Assembly: GCA_964649825.1 (NCBI GenBank)
Contig: CAZYQW010000147.1
Location: forward strand, 15,217-79,216
DNA length: 64,000 nt
Direction of reading: 5' to 3'
From: an uncultured Phycisphaeraceae bacterium
Lineage (GTDB): Bacteria; Planctomycetota; B15-G4; JADJEK01
Shown here: piece by piece, positions 1 to 9,264 of the stretch
Position numbering within the stretch: position 1 is the first letter of the stretch
Layout: each line of letters opens with the position of its first letter
Notes under the pieces: model-generated
The model's input: the letters and a program-made list of their open reading frames with translations, nothing else
Told to the model about the DNA's origin: nothing
Databases searched by the model: none
Position numbers and translations under genes: made by a program

Positions 1-11
1 GCGGCCAGCGG

Positions 12-911
12 ATGACGCCGGAGCTGCACCTCTGTCATGACGTCGAGGTGGATCGCTGCGCCGTCTGCATCCCGAAGATGTGGGGCGGTTGGTTCGGTCG
101 CGGGCGCGACGGCGAAGCGTTCGAGCCGGCCGCCTCCCGCGCCAAGGACGTCGCTCAGTTGAACGAGTACCACGAGTGGATCCGCGCCGTGTTGTCGCGC
201 TGCGATCGGCTGGTCGCGCCGTCCGAATCGTCGCGCGAGATCTACGTGCGCTACGGCGTCCCCGTCGAGCGGATCACGGTCGTGGAGAACGGCCTCGATC
301 ACGCCCCGTTCCGCTCGATCGAGAGGACGACGTCCGCGTCGTTCCGCTTCGGCTTCATCGGCTCGGTCCTGCCGACGAAGGGCGTCCACGTGCTGATCGA
401 GGCGTTCGAGCGCCTCGGCCGACCGAACGCGCGGCTCGACGTCCACGGCGAACTCCTCGGCTGGCACGAGGTGCAGGACTACGGCGATCGAATCCGCGCT
501 CAGGCCGAGCGCGCCGGCGGGCGGATCACGCTGCACGGCCGCTACGAGGCGGCGGAGCTCCCCTCGATCCTCGGGCGCCTCGACGCGCTCGTCGTACCGT
601 CGCTCTGGTTCGAGGCGTTCTGTCTGACGTTGCGCGAGGGGTTTCTCGCCGGCGTTCCCGTGATCGCGTCGCGCCTTGGCGCGATGGCGGAAGGGATCGA
701 TGACGAGCGGACCGGGCTTCTGTTCGAGCCGGGCAACGCCGCCGACCTGGCCGCCAAGATGGCGCGCGTGATGGACGACGGGGCGTTGCGGGCGCGGCTC
801 GTCGGATCGACGAAGCGCGTGCGGACGATCGAGGAGAACGCGGCGGCGCTTCTCACGCTCTACGTTGGCGGGGCGGGCGGAAGGCCGGAGGGGCGGAGCG
901 AGCCGGACTGA
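12..911 (+). CDS. Glycosyltransferase family 4 (GT-B), C-terminal part; probably 5'-truncated by the window edge
   Basis: Motifs FGFIGSVLPTKGVHVLIEAF, DALVVPSLWFEAFCLTLREGFLAGVPVIAS and TGLLFEPGN. The frame stays open to the window start. Confidence 0.9.
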   Translation: MTPELHLCHDVEVDRCAVCIPKMWGGWFGRGRDGEAFEPAASRAKDVAQLNEYHEWIRAVLSRCDRLVAPSESSREIYVRYGVPVERITVVENGLDHAPFRSIERTTSASFRFGFIGSVLPTKGVHVLIEAFERLGRPNARLDVHGELLGWHEVQDYGDRIRAQAERAGGRITLHGRYEAAELPSILGRLDALVVPSLWFEAFCLTLREGFLAGVPVIASRLGAMAEGIDDERTGLLFEPGNAADLAAKMARVMDDGALRARLVGSTKRVRTIEENAAALLTLYVGGAGGRPEGRSEPD

Positions 912-2329
912 GTCGGAGTGATCTCGAGCTCGTACGCGCCGGACGGGATCCCACCCGGACGGCGGCCCTCGGCCAGCGATTCGATGAGCGCCATCGGCTC
1001 GCAGGAGAACCCGACCGTCTGCGTCGACTCGGTCATGGCCACTCGAAGGGTCGCGATCTCGAACCGCACGATCTCGTCGAGGTGATCGACGTCGAGCTCC
1101 AGGTCGCAGAGGTAGAGCGCGAACGAAGTCGCCTCGTCCGACGCGAACAGCTCGGGCTCCACGGTGCGGCAGAACCGATCGATCAGGTCGCGATACGCGG
1201 CGTCGCCGAGCGCGATGCGAAGCAACCGGCAGGTCAGGGTGAGCGCGTCGACGATCATTCCAGCGCGGGCGTGCCAGACGAGGTCGCGCAGGATCGAGAC
1301 CCCGTCGTCGAGTGCCAGTTCCCAGCCGAGCGAGCACTCGGGAGTCCGGCCGATCGCGAGCGTCGCGAGCGCGTCCTCCCACTCGGCCGGGGTCGGAAGG
1401 GGCGCGTCGTTTGCGACCGGCTTCGTCGTCGAGCCGGCCGGCCGCGGCCGGCGCTCGCGTCGCGCCCGGCCGCCGCGGGAACGCGAGTCGATCGCGAGGG
1501 AGAGCCGCTCGAGCTCGTCGCGGACCCCGTCGATCCCGAGTCGCGGGACGTAGTCGCCGAGCAGCTCGAACACGACGGCGCGGAGGTTCGGGAGGGCGGG
1601 GACGAGCTCGGTCAGCAGCTCGAGCACCTCGTCGGGCGTCGCCGCCGAGTGCGCGTCGAGCCAGTAGCCGTCCCGCTCGACGCCGCCCGCGACGTGGATC
1701 TCGACCACGCGATCGAGCGGAACGTCGGCGAGGAACTCGCGCACCGGCTGGCGGCCGTTTCTCTCGTTGGCGTACAGGTTGTGGAGGTCGAGCAGGATCC
1801 CGCAGTCCGCGCGCGTCGCGACGGCGGCGGCAAAGGCGCCGTCCGGCATCTCGCCGGGCCGCGGCTTCAAGTAATCGACCCCCGTCTCGAACAGGAACGG
1901 GACCGGGAGCCGGCAGGTCAGCGTCCGGATCGATCGGACCGCGGCGTCGACGCCGGCCGGGCTCGGGAAGGGCGGCAGCAGGAATCCGGCGAACCGTTCG
2001 CCATGCGGCCCGCGCGCCCGATTGAACGCCAGGTGCTCGCTGCACCACGGCGCATCGAGTGCGCGGACCACCTCGACGAGCGGGGCGACCTGGCGGGGGT
2101 CGGGAGGGATCGTCCCGCCGACCGGGAACCCGACGCCGTGGACGATCTTCGTCTGCGGCAGCGACCGGATCCGTTCGAGGTGGTCGCGGCTCATCGCGTA
2201 GGGTCGTTCCGCGCCGGCCACGTGACGCCAGAGCGTCTGCGGCTCGACCTCCACGTACGAGACGAGATCCTCGCTGGACCGGAGCAGCGGTTCCAGTCCA
2301 GGCGAGTACAGCAGTCCGAGTCCCGGCAC
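860..2329 (-). CDS. DUF692 / MNIO (multinuclear non-heme iron oxidative enzyme) with a C-terminal helical partner-like extension
   Basis: HGVG, SEHL, DLHNLYAN, EIHVAGG, LDAHS and VFE match the DUF692 metal-ligand pattern. About 170 aa follow the barrel. Start moved to GTG 2329, which has GGGAG upstream and lies just after the stop of the 2344-2577 gene. Confidence 0.9.
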   Translation of the reverse strand: MPGLGLLYSPGLEPLLRSSEDLVSYVEVEPQTLWRHVAGAERPYAMSRDHLERIRSLPQTKIVHGVGFPVGGTIPPDPRQVAPLVEVVRALDAPWCSEHLAFNRARGPHGERFAGFLLPPFPSPAGVDAAVRSIRTLTCRLPVPFLFETGVDYLKPRPGEMPDGAFAAAVATRADCGILLDLHNLYANERNGRQPVREFLADVPLDRVVEIHVAGGVERDGYWLDAHSAATPDEVLELLTELVPALPNLRAVVFELLGDYVPRLGIDGVRDELERLSLAIDSRSRGGRARRERRPRPAGSTTKPVANDAPLPTPAEWEDALATLAIGRTPECSLGWELALDDGVSILRDLVWHARAGMIVDALTLTCRLLRIALGDAAYRDLIDRFCRTVEPELFASDEATSFALYLCDLELDVDHLDEIVRFEIATLRVAMTESTQTVGFSCEPMALIESLAEGRRPGGIPSGAYELEITPTQSGSLRPSGLPPAPPT

Positions 2330-2343
2330 CGCGCTCGCTCCCG

Positions 2344-2577
2344 TCAGAAGCCGGGGCCGAAGTCGGCGACGACGTTCAGCTTCTCGTCGACGCGGAACCG
2401 GTTCTCGAGCCCGAACCGGATGTCGAATCCGGAGTGGCACTCGGAGCAGCCGAGGCGCCCGAGAATGTCCTTCGTCACCTTCTGCATCGCGGTCAGGTCG
2501 AAGGCCACCTGCGCCGGGATGCTCACCTTCACCGCCTTCAGGGTTCCGATCTCGGCTTGGGTCTTGTCGAAATGCAT
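2344..2577 (-). CDS. 77-aa peptide with a CxxC(H)SG motif; putative MNIO substrate/precursor
   Basis: MHFDKTQAEIGTLKAVKVSIPAQVAFDLTAMQKVTKDILGRLGCSECHSGFDIRFGLENRFRVDEKLNVVADFGPGF. GGAG lies 8 nt before ATG 2577, and the stop is 14 nt before the MNIO start. Confidence 0.8.
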   Translation of the reverse strand: MHFDKTQAEIGTLKAVKVSIPAQVAFDLTAMQKVTKDILGRLGCSECHSGFDIRFGLENRFRVDEKLNVVADFGPGF

Positions 2578-2791
2578 CGCTCGATCTCCAACGTTTCTTC
2601 TCGCACGGGCCTCCGACTCTTTCGGAGGCCGGACTGCTCCACGCCGAATCCGGGCCCGCGGCGTCAAGAAAAAGAGGTTTCTGTCGTGCCGGCGGTTTGG
2701 ATCACCCCCGACGCGGGTCGAGAGAGCGTCACACTCGGGGGCGACGTTCCGTTCTCCTCTCCAGTGGCCCGTGACCCAGCCGGAGACCTCG

Positions 2792-5323
2792 ATGAACCTC
2801 GCGCTTCGCACCACCTCGTTCCTTCTTGCCGCGTCCACCGTCGCGGGGGCCGCGCCCGCGGTGCGGCCCGCGCTGCCTCCCGCGTTCGTCCAGAACCGAG
2901 GGCAGCTCGACGAAGCCGTCGAGTTCGTGGCCCGCCACGGCGGGATCGTCACGTTCGTGACCCGGGAGGGGTTTCGCCTGCGGGCCCATGCTCCCGACGG
3001 AACGCGTGGCGCCGCGGTCTTCTTCCGCTTCGAGGGCGCGGCCGGCGACGCCCGCGTGACCGGACTCGACCGGTTCGAAGCGCCGTTCCACTTCCTCGTC
3101 GGTGAGCCGTCCGAGTGGCGCACCCACGTCGCCGGCTTTCGGTCGGTCCGACTCGAGGAGCTCTATCCCGGCGTCGACGTCGAACTGCATCATCGCGGTG
3201 GGCGGGTCGCGTACGACCTGCGGCTCGCCCGCGGGGCGGACCTGTCCCGCGTCAGCATGCGGTGCGACGGCGTGGACGCGCTCGAGATCGACGAGGGCGG
3301 CGCGCTCGTCCTGAGGACGTCGATCGGTGATCTCCGGCAGACGCCGCCGGTCGCGTTCGTCACGGACGACGACGGGAGGCGGCGCGCGGTCGAGTGCCGG
3401 TTCGTGCCCCTTGGCGACTCGCGCTACGGCTTCACCGCGGACGGCTGGACGGGCGACCGACCCCTCGTCATCGATCCCGGCATCGAGCTCTCGACCTACC
3501 TCGGAGGGAACCCGGCCGACGTCACCGCGACGGGCATCGGCGACGGGGCGGCGGCCGTCGCGGTCGACGCCGATCGGAACGTCTACGTCACCGGCTCCAC
3601 CGACGACGCCGACTTCCCGACCACGCCGGGAGCGTTCGACGTGACGTTCGAAGGGAGCCTCGGCTTCATCAAGGGCGACGTCTTCGTCGCCTCCTTCGAC
3701 CCGACCGGAAAAGTCCTCCGGTTCGCGACGTTCCTCGGCGGGAACTTCGGCGAGCAGGCGACCGGGCTCGCGCTCGACGCGAGCGGCAACGTCTACGTCA
3801 GCGGCACCACGGACGGCGGGACGTTCCCCTCCACCCACGAGTTCGGCACGTCGATGGTCTTCGGTCTCTCGACGTTCACGTCGTTCGTCGCGCGCCTCGA
3901 CCCGCTCGGCACGACCCTCGGATGGGCCGCGCTGATCCACGACTGCTCGCTGAGCGCGATCGCGCTCGACGGCGTCGGAGGGCTCTACGCGGTCGGCTCC
4001 GCCGCGTTCCAGGCCGGCGTCACCGGTTTCCCGGCGACGCCGGGCGCCTATTCGACGACCCACTCCGGGGGCTTCTGGGACCAGTGCGCGCTGAAGCTGA
4101 CCACCGACGGTCAGACCCTCGTGTACGCGACGTTCCTGGGCGGAACGAACTACGACGTCGGCCGGGCGATCGCCGCCGATCCGTCGGGCGTCGCGTTCAT
4201 CGGCGGCGACACGTTCTCCGCCGCGTTCCCGGTGTCGAGCTCCGCGTTCGACACGACGCGCAGCACCTTCCTCGTCGAGGGGACCATCTCGCGCCTCGAC
4301 CCGACCGGGTCGCTGCTCGTGGCGTCCACGCTGCTCGGGGCGGGGAACAACTCAGGCGTGCGGTCCCTCGCGATCGGCTCTCAAGGCGAGCTGGTGGTGG
4401 CCGGCCAGGTGTGGGACTTCGACGGGCTCACGGCGCCGGTGCCGTTCTTCGTCACCCCCGGCGCGTTCGATACTGTGTACGACGGAGACACGGACGGGTT
4501 CTGCGCCAAGCTCGACCTCGGCCTCGCCACGCTGCTTGCGTCGACGTACGTCGGCGGCCCGGGCGACGACGGCGCGACAGGGATGGTGCTCGACTCGTTC
4601 GATCGCCCGTACGTGGCGGGATGGACGAGTTCGACGACGTTCCCGGTCACGGCCGACGCGGTCGACGCGACCTTCAACCAGCACCCCACTCTGCCGAGCG
4701 GCTTCGATGTCTCGTTGGTGCAGCTCGAGAACGACCTGAGCGCGCTCCGCTACGGCACGTACTTCGGGGGCGTGTTCGACGACTCGGTTCGCGACCTGGT
4801 CGTGACGCCGGAGGGCGTCGTCTACATCGCCGGGATGACGCGGTCGCCGGACCTGCCGACGTCGCCCGGGGCGTACGACTCGGTCTGGAGCGGGAACCAG
4901 GACGCGTTCGTGGCGAAGATCGAGTTCTGCCCGGGATCGCTCCTGCGCGAGTACGGCACAGGCTGTCCGGGTACGTCGTCGATCACGCCGGCCCTCCACG
5001 GGGACGGTTGTCCGTCGCCCGACTCGACCATCGTGCTGCGAGTCTTCGGCGCCCTCGGCGGGGCCACCGCGTTCGTCCTGGTCGGACCGTCCGCCGGCGC
5101 TCTTCCGCTGAACCCGGGCTGCATCCTGGCGCTCGGCGGGGTGTCGATCCTGTTCGCGGTGCCGCTCGCGACGGGTGGACCCGGCGCGGGCGAGCAGGTG
5201 TTGACGGTGAAGATGCCGCCGATGTTCCCGATCGCCGACGCGTACGTTCAGGCGGTGATCCCCGACCCGGGCGCCCCGTTCGGCTTCGCGGCGACGAACG
5301 GGCTGCGGGTGCACCTGCAGTAG
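2792..5323 (+). CDS. Secreted SBBP-repeat (beta-propeller) surface protein with a conserved C-terminal domain
   Basis: Signal peptide MNLALRTTSFLLAASTVAGA; N-terminal FVQNRGQ...LVIDP domain; repeated (S/A)TYLGG...VAVDADRNVYVTGST..DFPTTPGAFD units. Start set at ATG 2792 because the upstream part of the ORF is the antisense shadow of the MNIO operon. Confidence 0.85.
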   Translation: MNLALRTTSFLLAASTVAGAAPAVRPALPPAFVQNRGQLDEAVEFVARHGGIVTFVTREGFRLRAHAPDGTRGAAVFFRFEGAAGDARVTGLDRFEAPFHFLVGEPSEWRTHVAGFRSVRLEELYPGVDVELHHRGGRVAYDLRLARGADLSRVSMRCDGVDALEIDEGGALVLRTSIGDLRQTPPVAFVTDDDGRRRAVECRFVPLGDSRYGFTADGWTGDRPLVIDPGIELSTYLGGNPADVTATGIGDGAAAVAVDADRNVYVTGSTDDADFPTTPGAFDVTFEGSLGFIKGDVFVASFDPTGKVLRFATFLGGNFGEQATGLALDASGNVYVSGTTDGGTFPSTHEFGTSMVFGLSTFTSFVARLDPLGTTLGWAALIHDCSLSAIALDGVGGLYAVGSAAFQAGVTGFPATPGAYSTTHSGGFWDQCALKLTTDGQTLVYATFLGGTNYDVGRAIAADPSGVAFIGGDTFSAAFPVSSSAFDTTRSTFLVEGTISRLDPTGSLLVASTLLGAGNNSGVRSLAIGSQGELVVAGQVWDFDGLTAPVPFFVTPGAFDTVYDGDTDGFCAKLDLGLATLLASTYVGGPGDDGATGMVLDSFDRPYVAGWTSSTTFPVTADAVDATFNQHPTLPSGFDVSLVQLENDLSALRYGTYFGGVFDDSVRDLVVTPEGVVYIAGMTRSPDLPTSPGAYDSVWSGNQDAFVAKIEFCPGSLLREYGTGCPGTSSITPALHGDGCPSPDSTIVLRVFGALGGATAFVLVGPSAGALPLNPGCILALGGVSILFAVPLATGGPGAGEQVLTVKMPPMFPIADAYVQAVIPDPGAPFGFAATNGLRVHLQ

Positions 5324-5360
5324 CGCCATCCGATACGGGCGGGGCGCGGGCGGATCGACG

Positions 5361-6773
5361 TCAGGCTTCGGCGAGCGCGCGGGCCGCGCCGCGGCCGGCC
5401 GCGAACCCGCTCGACCACGCCCACTGGAAGTTGAATCCGCCGAGCCGTCCGGTGCAGTGGGCGACCTCGCCGCAGAAATGCAGGCCGCGCCGGCGGCGGC
5501 TCTCGAGCGTAGCGCGGTCGAGGTCGGCGAGGAGCACGCCGCCGCGCGTCACCTCGGCCTTGTCGAAGCCGTCGACGCCCGAGAGCTCGAGATCCGCGTA
5601 CGCGAGCGCGACGTGGACGCGACGCCACTCCGACGTGGAGAGGTGCGCCGCGGACTTGTCGCCCTCGACGCCGGACCTCGCGACGAGCGCGGCGGCGAGC
5701 GAGCGCGGCAGGCGCGCGGCAAGGACGTTCAGCAGGGCTCGCCGGTCCGCGCCGTCGATGGCGCGTGCGTCGGCGACGAACGCGTCGAGGCCGATCGGCC
5801 GCGGCGTGTCGATCGCGCGCAAGCACGCGCCGGGCGGTTTCGCGAGCGAATGGAACCGCGCCCAGGGGGAGTCGGGGGTGGCGAGCGACCAGAAGTCGGC
5901 GCGGAGCCGCACCGCGTCGCCGCGCGCCAACGCGAGCGCGCACGCGCCGCTGACGTCGAGCGCGGCGGGGCCGGTCGCGCCGCGGTGGGTGACCAGCAGG
6001 CTCCCCGCCGCCCGCGCCAGCGGCCGAAACCTCGATCCCCCGATCTGCTCCGGCGGAGCCTCGGCCGGCGCGAGCGTGAGCAGCGCCGGCACGGTGACGC
6101 CGGCCAGCCCGGCGAGCGGTGACGCGCTGGTCAGGAAGAGCGGCGTGAGCGCTGGAAGCACCTCGGAGAGCGCGTGGCCCGATCGAGCCGCGACCTCGAA
6201 CCCGAACCCCCGCGATCCGGTACGCGGAAGGCTCTTGCCGCCGGTCGCGATCACGACCCGGCGCGCGTGAACGGCGCCGCCGGCCGCGGTCGAGGCGACG
6301 AAGCCGTTGCCGCCGGCATCGATCGCCGTGACCTCGACGCCGGGCTCGAGCGTCGCGCCGGCGCGCTCGACCGCATCCACGAGGATCCGCAGCACGTCGC
6401 GCGCGCGGTCCGACGTCGGGAACAGCTTGCCGAGCGGTTCGGCGTAGAGCGGACATCCGCCTTGCTCGAGGAACGTGCGTATGCCGGACGGCGGAAAGCC
6501 GCGCAGCACGCTGCGCGCGACCTTGGGGAGGTCGGTGTCGAAGTCGGTCTCGTCGACGACCTCGTTGGTGACGTTGCACCGCCCGCCCCCCGACACGAGG
6601 ATCTTGAGCCCGACCCGCGCCGACGCGTCGATCACTCGCACGCGGGGCGCGTCCGCCGGCGGACTGGCGGGCGCGCCCCGTCCGTCGACGGCCCCGCGCG
6701 CGGCGATCGCGGCGAACAGCCCGGCCGCCCCCGCGCCGACGATCAGGAGGTCCGTCGCGTCGGGCCGGCTCAT
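5361..6773 (-). CDS. HI0933/YhiN (BaiN-like) NAD(P)/FAD-dependent oxidoreductase
   Basis: IVGAGAAG, KILVSGGGRCNVTN, AEVTRGGV and FCGEVAHCTGRLGGFNFQWAWSSG. ATG 6773 overlaps the MFS stop (ATGA). Confidence 0.9.
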   Translation of the reverse strand: MSRPDATDLLIVGAGAAGLFAAIAARGAVDGRGAPASPPADAPRVRVIDASARVGLKILVSGGGRCNVTNEVVDETDFDTDLPKVARSVLRGFPPSGIRTFLEQGGCPLYAEPLGKLFPTSDRARDVLRILVDAVERAGATLEPGVEVTAIDAGGNGFVASTAAGGAVHARRVVIATGGKSLPRTGSRGFGFEVAARSGHALSEVLPALTPLFLTSASPLAGLAGVTVPALLTLAPAEAPPEQIGGSRFRPLARAAGSLLVTHRGATGPAALDVSGACALALARGDAVRLRADFWSLATPDSPWARFHSLAKPPGACLRAIDTPRPIGLDAFVADARAIDGADRRALLNVLAARLPRSLAAALVARSGVEGDKSAAHLSTSEWRRVHVALAYADLELSGVDGFDKAEVTRGGVLLADLDRATLESRRRRGLHFCGEVAHCTGRLGGFNFQWAWSSGFAAGRGAARALAEA

Positions 6774-8137
6774 CGCTTCCCGATCGTCGCATCGTCGTCG
6801 GGCCCCGGGGACGGCGCGATCGAAGGTTCGACGCCCTCGTCGACCGGCCGGTGCGACACGCCGCCGCTCGGGCGGAACCCGAGCATCCGGAGCGCGAACG
6901 GACGCCGGGAGACCGGCGCGCCGGCGTCGACGTCCGCGAGCAGGCGCGGCGCGGCGACCGCGGCGACCGATCGCAGGGCGAGGCTGAGCGCGAAGACGGC
7001 CGTGAAGCCGTCCCCGACCGAGAGGAACAGGAGACCCCCGACCGCCGACCCGACCAACTGGCCGCCGCCGTTGACGAAGCTCTGGAGCGCGAACAGGCGG
7101 GGCCGGGACGGCGTCGGCGCGTGGCCGAGGAGCAGACCCAGGATGCCGAGCTCGTGCGCGGCCCACGCCACGCCGGAGAACGCCTGCACCGCGAGGACGC
7201 CGGGCAGTCCTTGGATGAAGAGCCACGGCAGCGGGATGACCGCGACCAGGACCGTCGCGAACCGGTAGACGAGCGCAGGGCTCTTGGCGTCGACGGCGCG
7301 GCCGAACACTCGCAGCGCGAGCACCTTGAACGCGACCTGCATCGCGCTCGCGGCCATGAAGCTCCGGTAGTCGAACTGGAGCACGGTCAGCATGTACGGG
7401 GTGAAGAACGGCGAGCCGAGGTAGACCGAGAACGTCAGCAGGCCGGAGAGGCCCAGGAGCCGGCGGGCGGCCGGCGTCAGCGGCTCGAGGCGCGGGACGG
7501 GCGACGCGCGGGGGCGCGCAGGAGCGGTGGGTTCGGGCGAGACGAGGAGGAGGACGGCCGACACCATCCGCGCGCCGGCCGCGCCGAAGAAGAGGATCGC
7601 GAACCCACGCGTGGCCCCCGCTCCGAAGCCGTCCAGGAGGAAGCCGCCGGCGATGATGGCGCCGAACGTCACTCCGTGGACGACGCCGGCACGGCGCGAG
7701 AAGTACGCTCCGCGCGACTCGACCGGCACCACGTCGCCGTACCAGGACGACCAGAGGACGCCGCTCATCTGCCCGCAGGTCTGGTGGAGAGCCGCCGCCG
7801 CGATGATCATCCACGCCGACGCGCGTCCCTGCCACTCGGCGGTGGCGAGGAGGGTGAACACCGTCGCCTGGGCGAGCACGAGCAAGACGATCGGCGTCCG
7901 CCGCCGCCGCGCGCGGCGCATCAAGTCGACGCTCGCGGTCGCGGCCGCTCCGCCGAGCGCGAGCGGGAGGCCGACGAGAAGGCCGATCTCGAGGGAGGAC
8001 GCGTGGTGGGCGACCGCCGCGGCGACGAGGTACGCCTCGCCGAGTCCGACCATCACCGCGAAGAACGCTCCCTCGACGATCGCGAGGCGGAGCGTCCGAT
8101 CGATCAACGCGCGCGGAAGGGTCGCCGATTCGGTCAA
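6770..8137 (-). CDS. MFS transporter
   Basis: About 12 hydrophobic segments, with N-terminal AIVEGAFFAVMVG, WSSWYGDVVP..SRGAYFSRR and FGRAVD. Start (TTG 8137) is uncertain. Confidence 0.8.
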   Translation of the reverse strand: MTESATLPRALIDRTLRLAIVEGAFFAVMVGLGEAYLVAAAVAHHASSLEIGLLVGLPLALGGAAATASVDLMRRARRRRTPIVLLVLAQATVFTLLATAEWQGRASAWMIIAAAALHQTCGQMSGVLWSSWYGDVVPVESRGAYFSRRAGVVHGVTFGAIIAGGFLLDGFGAGATRGFAILFFGAAGARMVSAVLLLVSPEPTAPARPRASPVPRLEPLTPAARRLLGLSGLLTFSVYLGSPFFTPYMLTVLQFDYRSFMAASAMQVAFKVLALRVFGRAVDAKSPALVYRFATVLVAVIPLPWLFIQGLPGVLAVQAFSGVAWAAHELGILGLLLGHAPTPSRPRLFALQSFVNGGGQLVGSAVGGLLFLSVGDGFTAVFALSLALRSVAAVAAPRLLADVDAGAPVSRRPFALRMLGFRPSGGVSHRPVDEGVEPSIAPSPGPDDDATIGKR

Positions 8138-8337
8138 GCCGCAGCGCCTCCGCGGCGGACGTTCGCCTTCTCGTCGTTCACGTACGTCGCTCCTTCCGGC
8201 ATCGAGCTCGGACGCCGCGCCGGCGGTTCCGTCGCCGCGATGAACCTGCCGCCGGTCCGACTCGAGCCGATCGGCGCCCCGTGATAGGGGGCGGACCCCC
8301 GGCTTCGCAAGCACGTGCACCCTGGTAGTCTGAGGCG

Positions 8338-9264
8338 ATGTCGGTCGCGACCCCGAAAAACGCCGTTCCGGCGCCCGTCACCATCGTCGTTCCGACCCGG
8401 AACGGCGGGCCGCTCTTCCGTCGGGTGATCGCGCGCATCGCCGCGCTCGACCCTCCTGCCGCGCGGGTCATCGTGATCGACTCCGGCTCGAGCGACGGCA
8501 CCGCCGACCACGCGCGGGAGGCCGGCGCCGACGTTCTCCCCATCGACCCCGCGACGTTCGATCACGGCGCCACCCGGATGATCGGGGTCGAGCGCGCCGG
8601 CACGCCGCTCGTGGCGTTCCTCTCGCAGGACGCGCTGCCCGACGCCGACTACCTCGGCCCCCTCGTCGCCGCGTTCGACGACCCGCGGGTGGCGGGGGCG
8701 ACGGCGCGCATCCTGCCGCAGGAGGACGCGTCGCCGCTCGCGCGCCGGTCCGTGCTCGCGTCGCCCATGGCGGGGTCCGAGCCCCGCACGATCGAGGTCG
8801 ACCCGGCCCGGTTCGCGGCGCTCGACGGGCGCGCCCGCCGTGCCTTCACGCAGTTCGACAACGTCGCTTCGATGGCGCGGCGCGACCTGCTCCTCCGCCA
8901 CCCGTTTCCGCGCACGATGATGGGGGAGGACGCGGCGTTCGCGGCGGCGGCGCTCGCGGCCGGGCACCGGTTGCGGTTCGAGCCCGGCTCGGTCGTCCGG
9001 CACTCGCACGAGTACGGCCCGATCTCGGCGTTTCGCCGCTACCGCGACGACGCCCGTTTCTTGAGGCGTTCGTTCGGCGAGGTCGTCCGGCCTACGCCAT
9101 GGGACGTGGTCCGCGGGTTCGCCTACGAGGTCCGCGAGGACGCGCGCGCGGTGCGGGGAACGAAGCTCGCCGCGGCGCTCAAGGCACTGGCGAAGTCGCC
9201 GTTCGTGCGCGCGGGCCAGATCGCCGGGCAGTGGTGGGGCGGTCGCGCGGGGGCGCGGCCGTGA
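8338..9264 (+). CDS. Glycosyltransferase family 2 (rhamnosyltransferase-like)
   Basis: IVVPTRNG, VIDSGSSDGT, FDHGATR, FLSQDALP, GED and VRHSH. Confidence 0.9.
   Translation: MSVATPKNAVPAPVTIVVPTRNGGPLFRRVIARIAALDPPAARVIVIDSGSSDGTADHAREAGADVLPIDPATFDHGATRMIGVERAGTPLVAFLSQDALPDADYLGPLVAAFDDPRVAGATARILPQEDASPLARRSVLASPMAGSEPRTIEVDPARFAALDGRARRAFTQFDNVASMARRDLLLRHPFPRTMMGEDAAFAAAALAAGHRLRFEPGSVVRHSHEYGPISAFRRYRDDARFLRRSFGEVVRPTPWDVVRGFAYEVREDARAVRGTKLAAALKALAKSPFVRAGQIAGQWWGGRAGARP

Noticed and set aside
2434-2448. CxxCH (CSECH) in the 77-aa peptide as a c-type heme site
   Set aside because: There is no export signal for Ccm-type maturation, and the DUF692 context explains the Cys better.
1082-2791. 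N-terminal 570 aa of the 1413-aa ORF 1082-5323
   Set aside because: Antisense shadow of the MNIO operon; a real signal peptide starts at ATG 2792.
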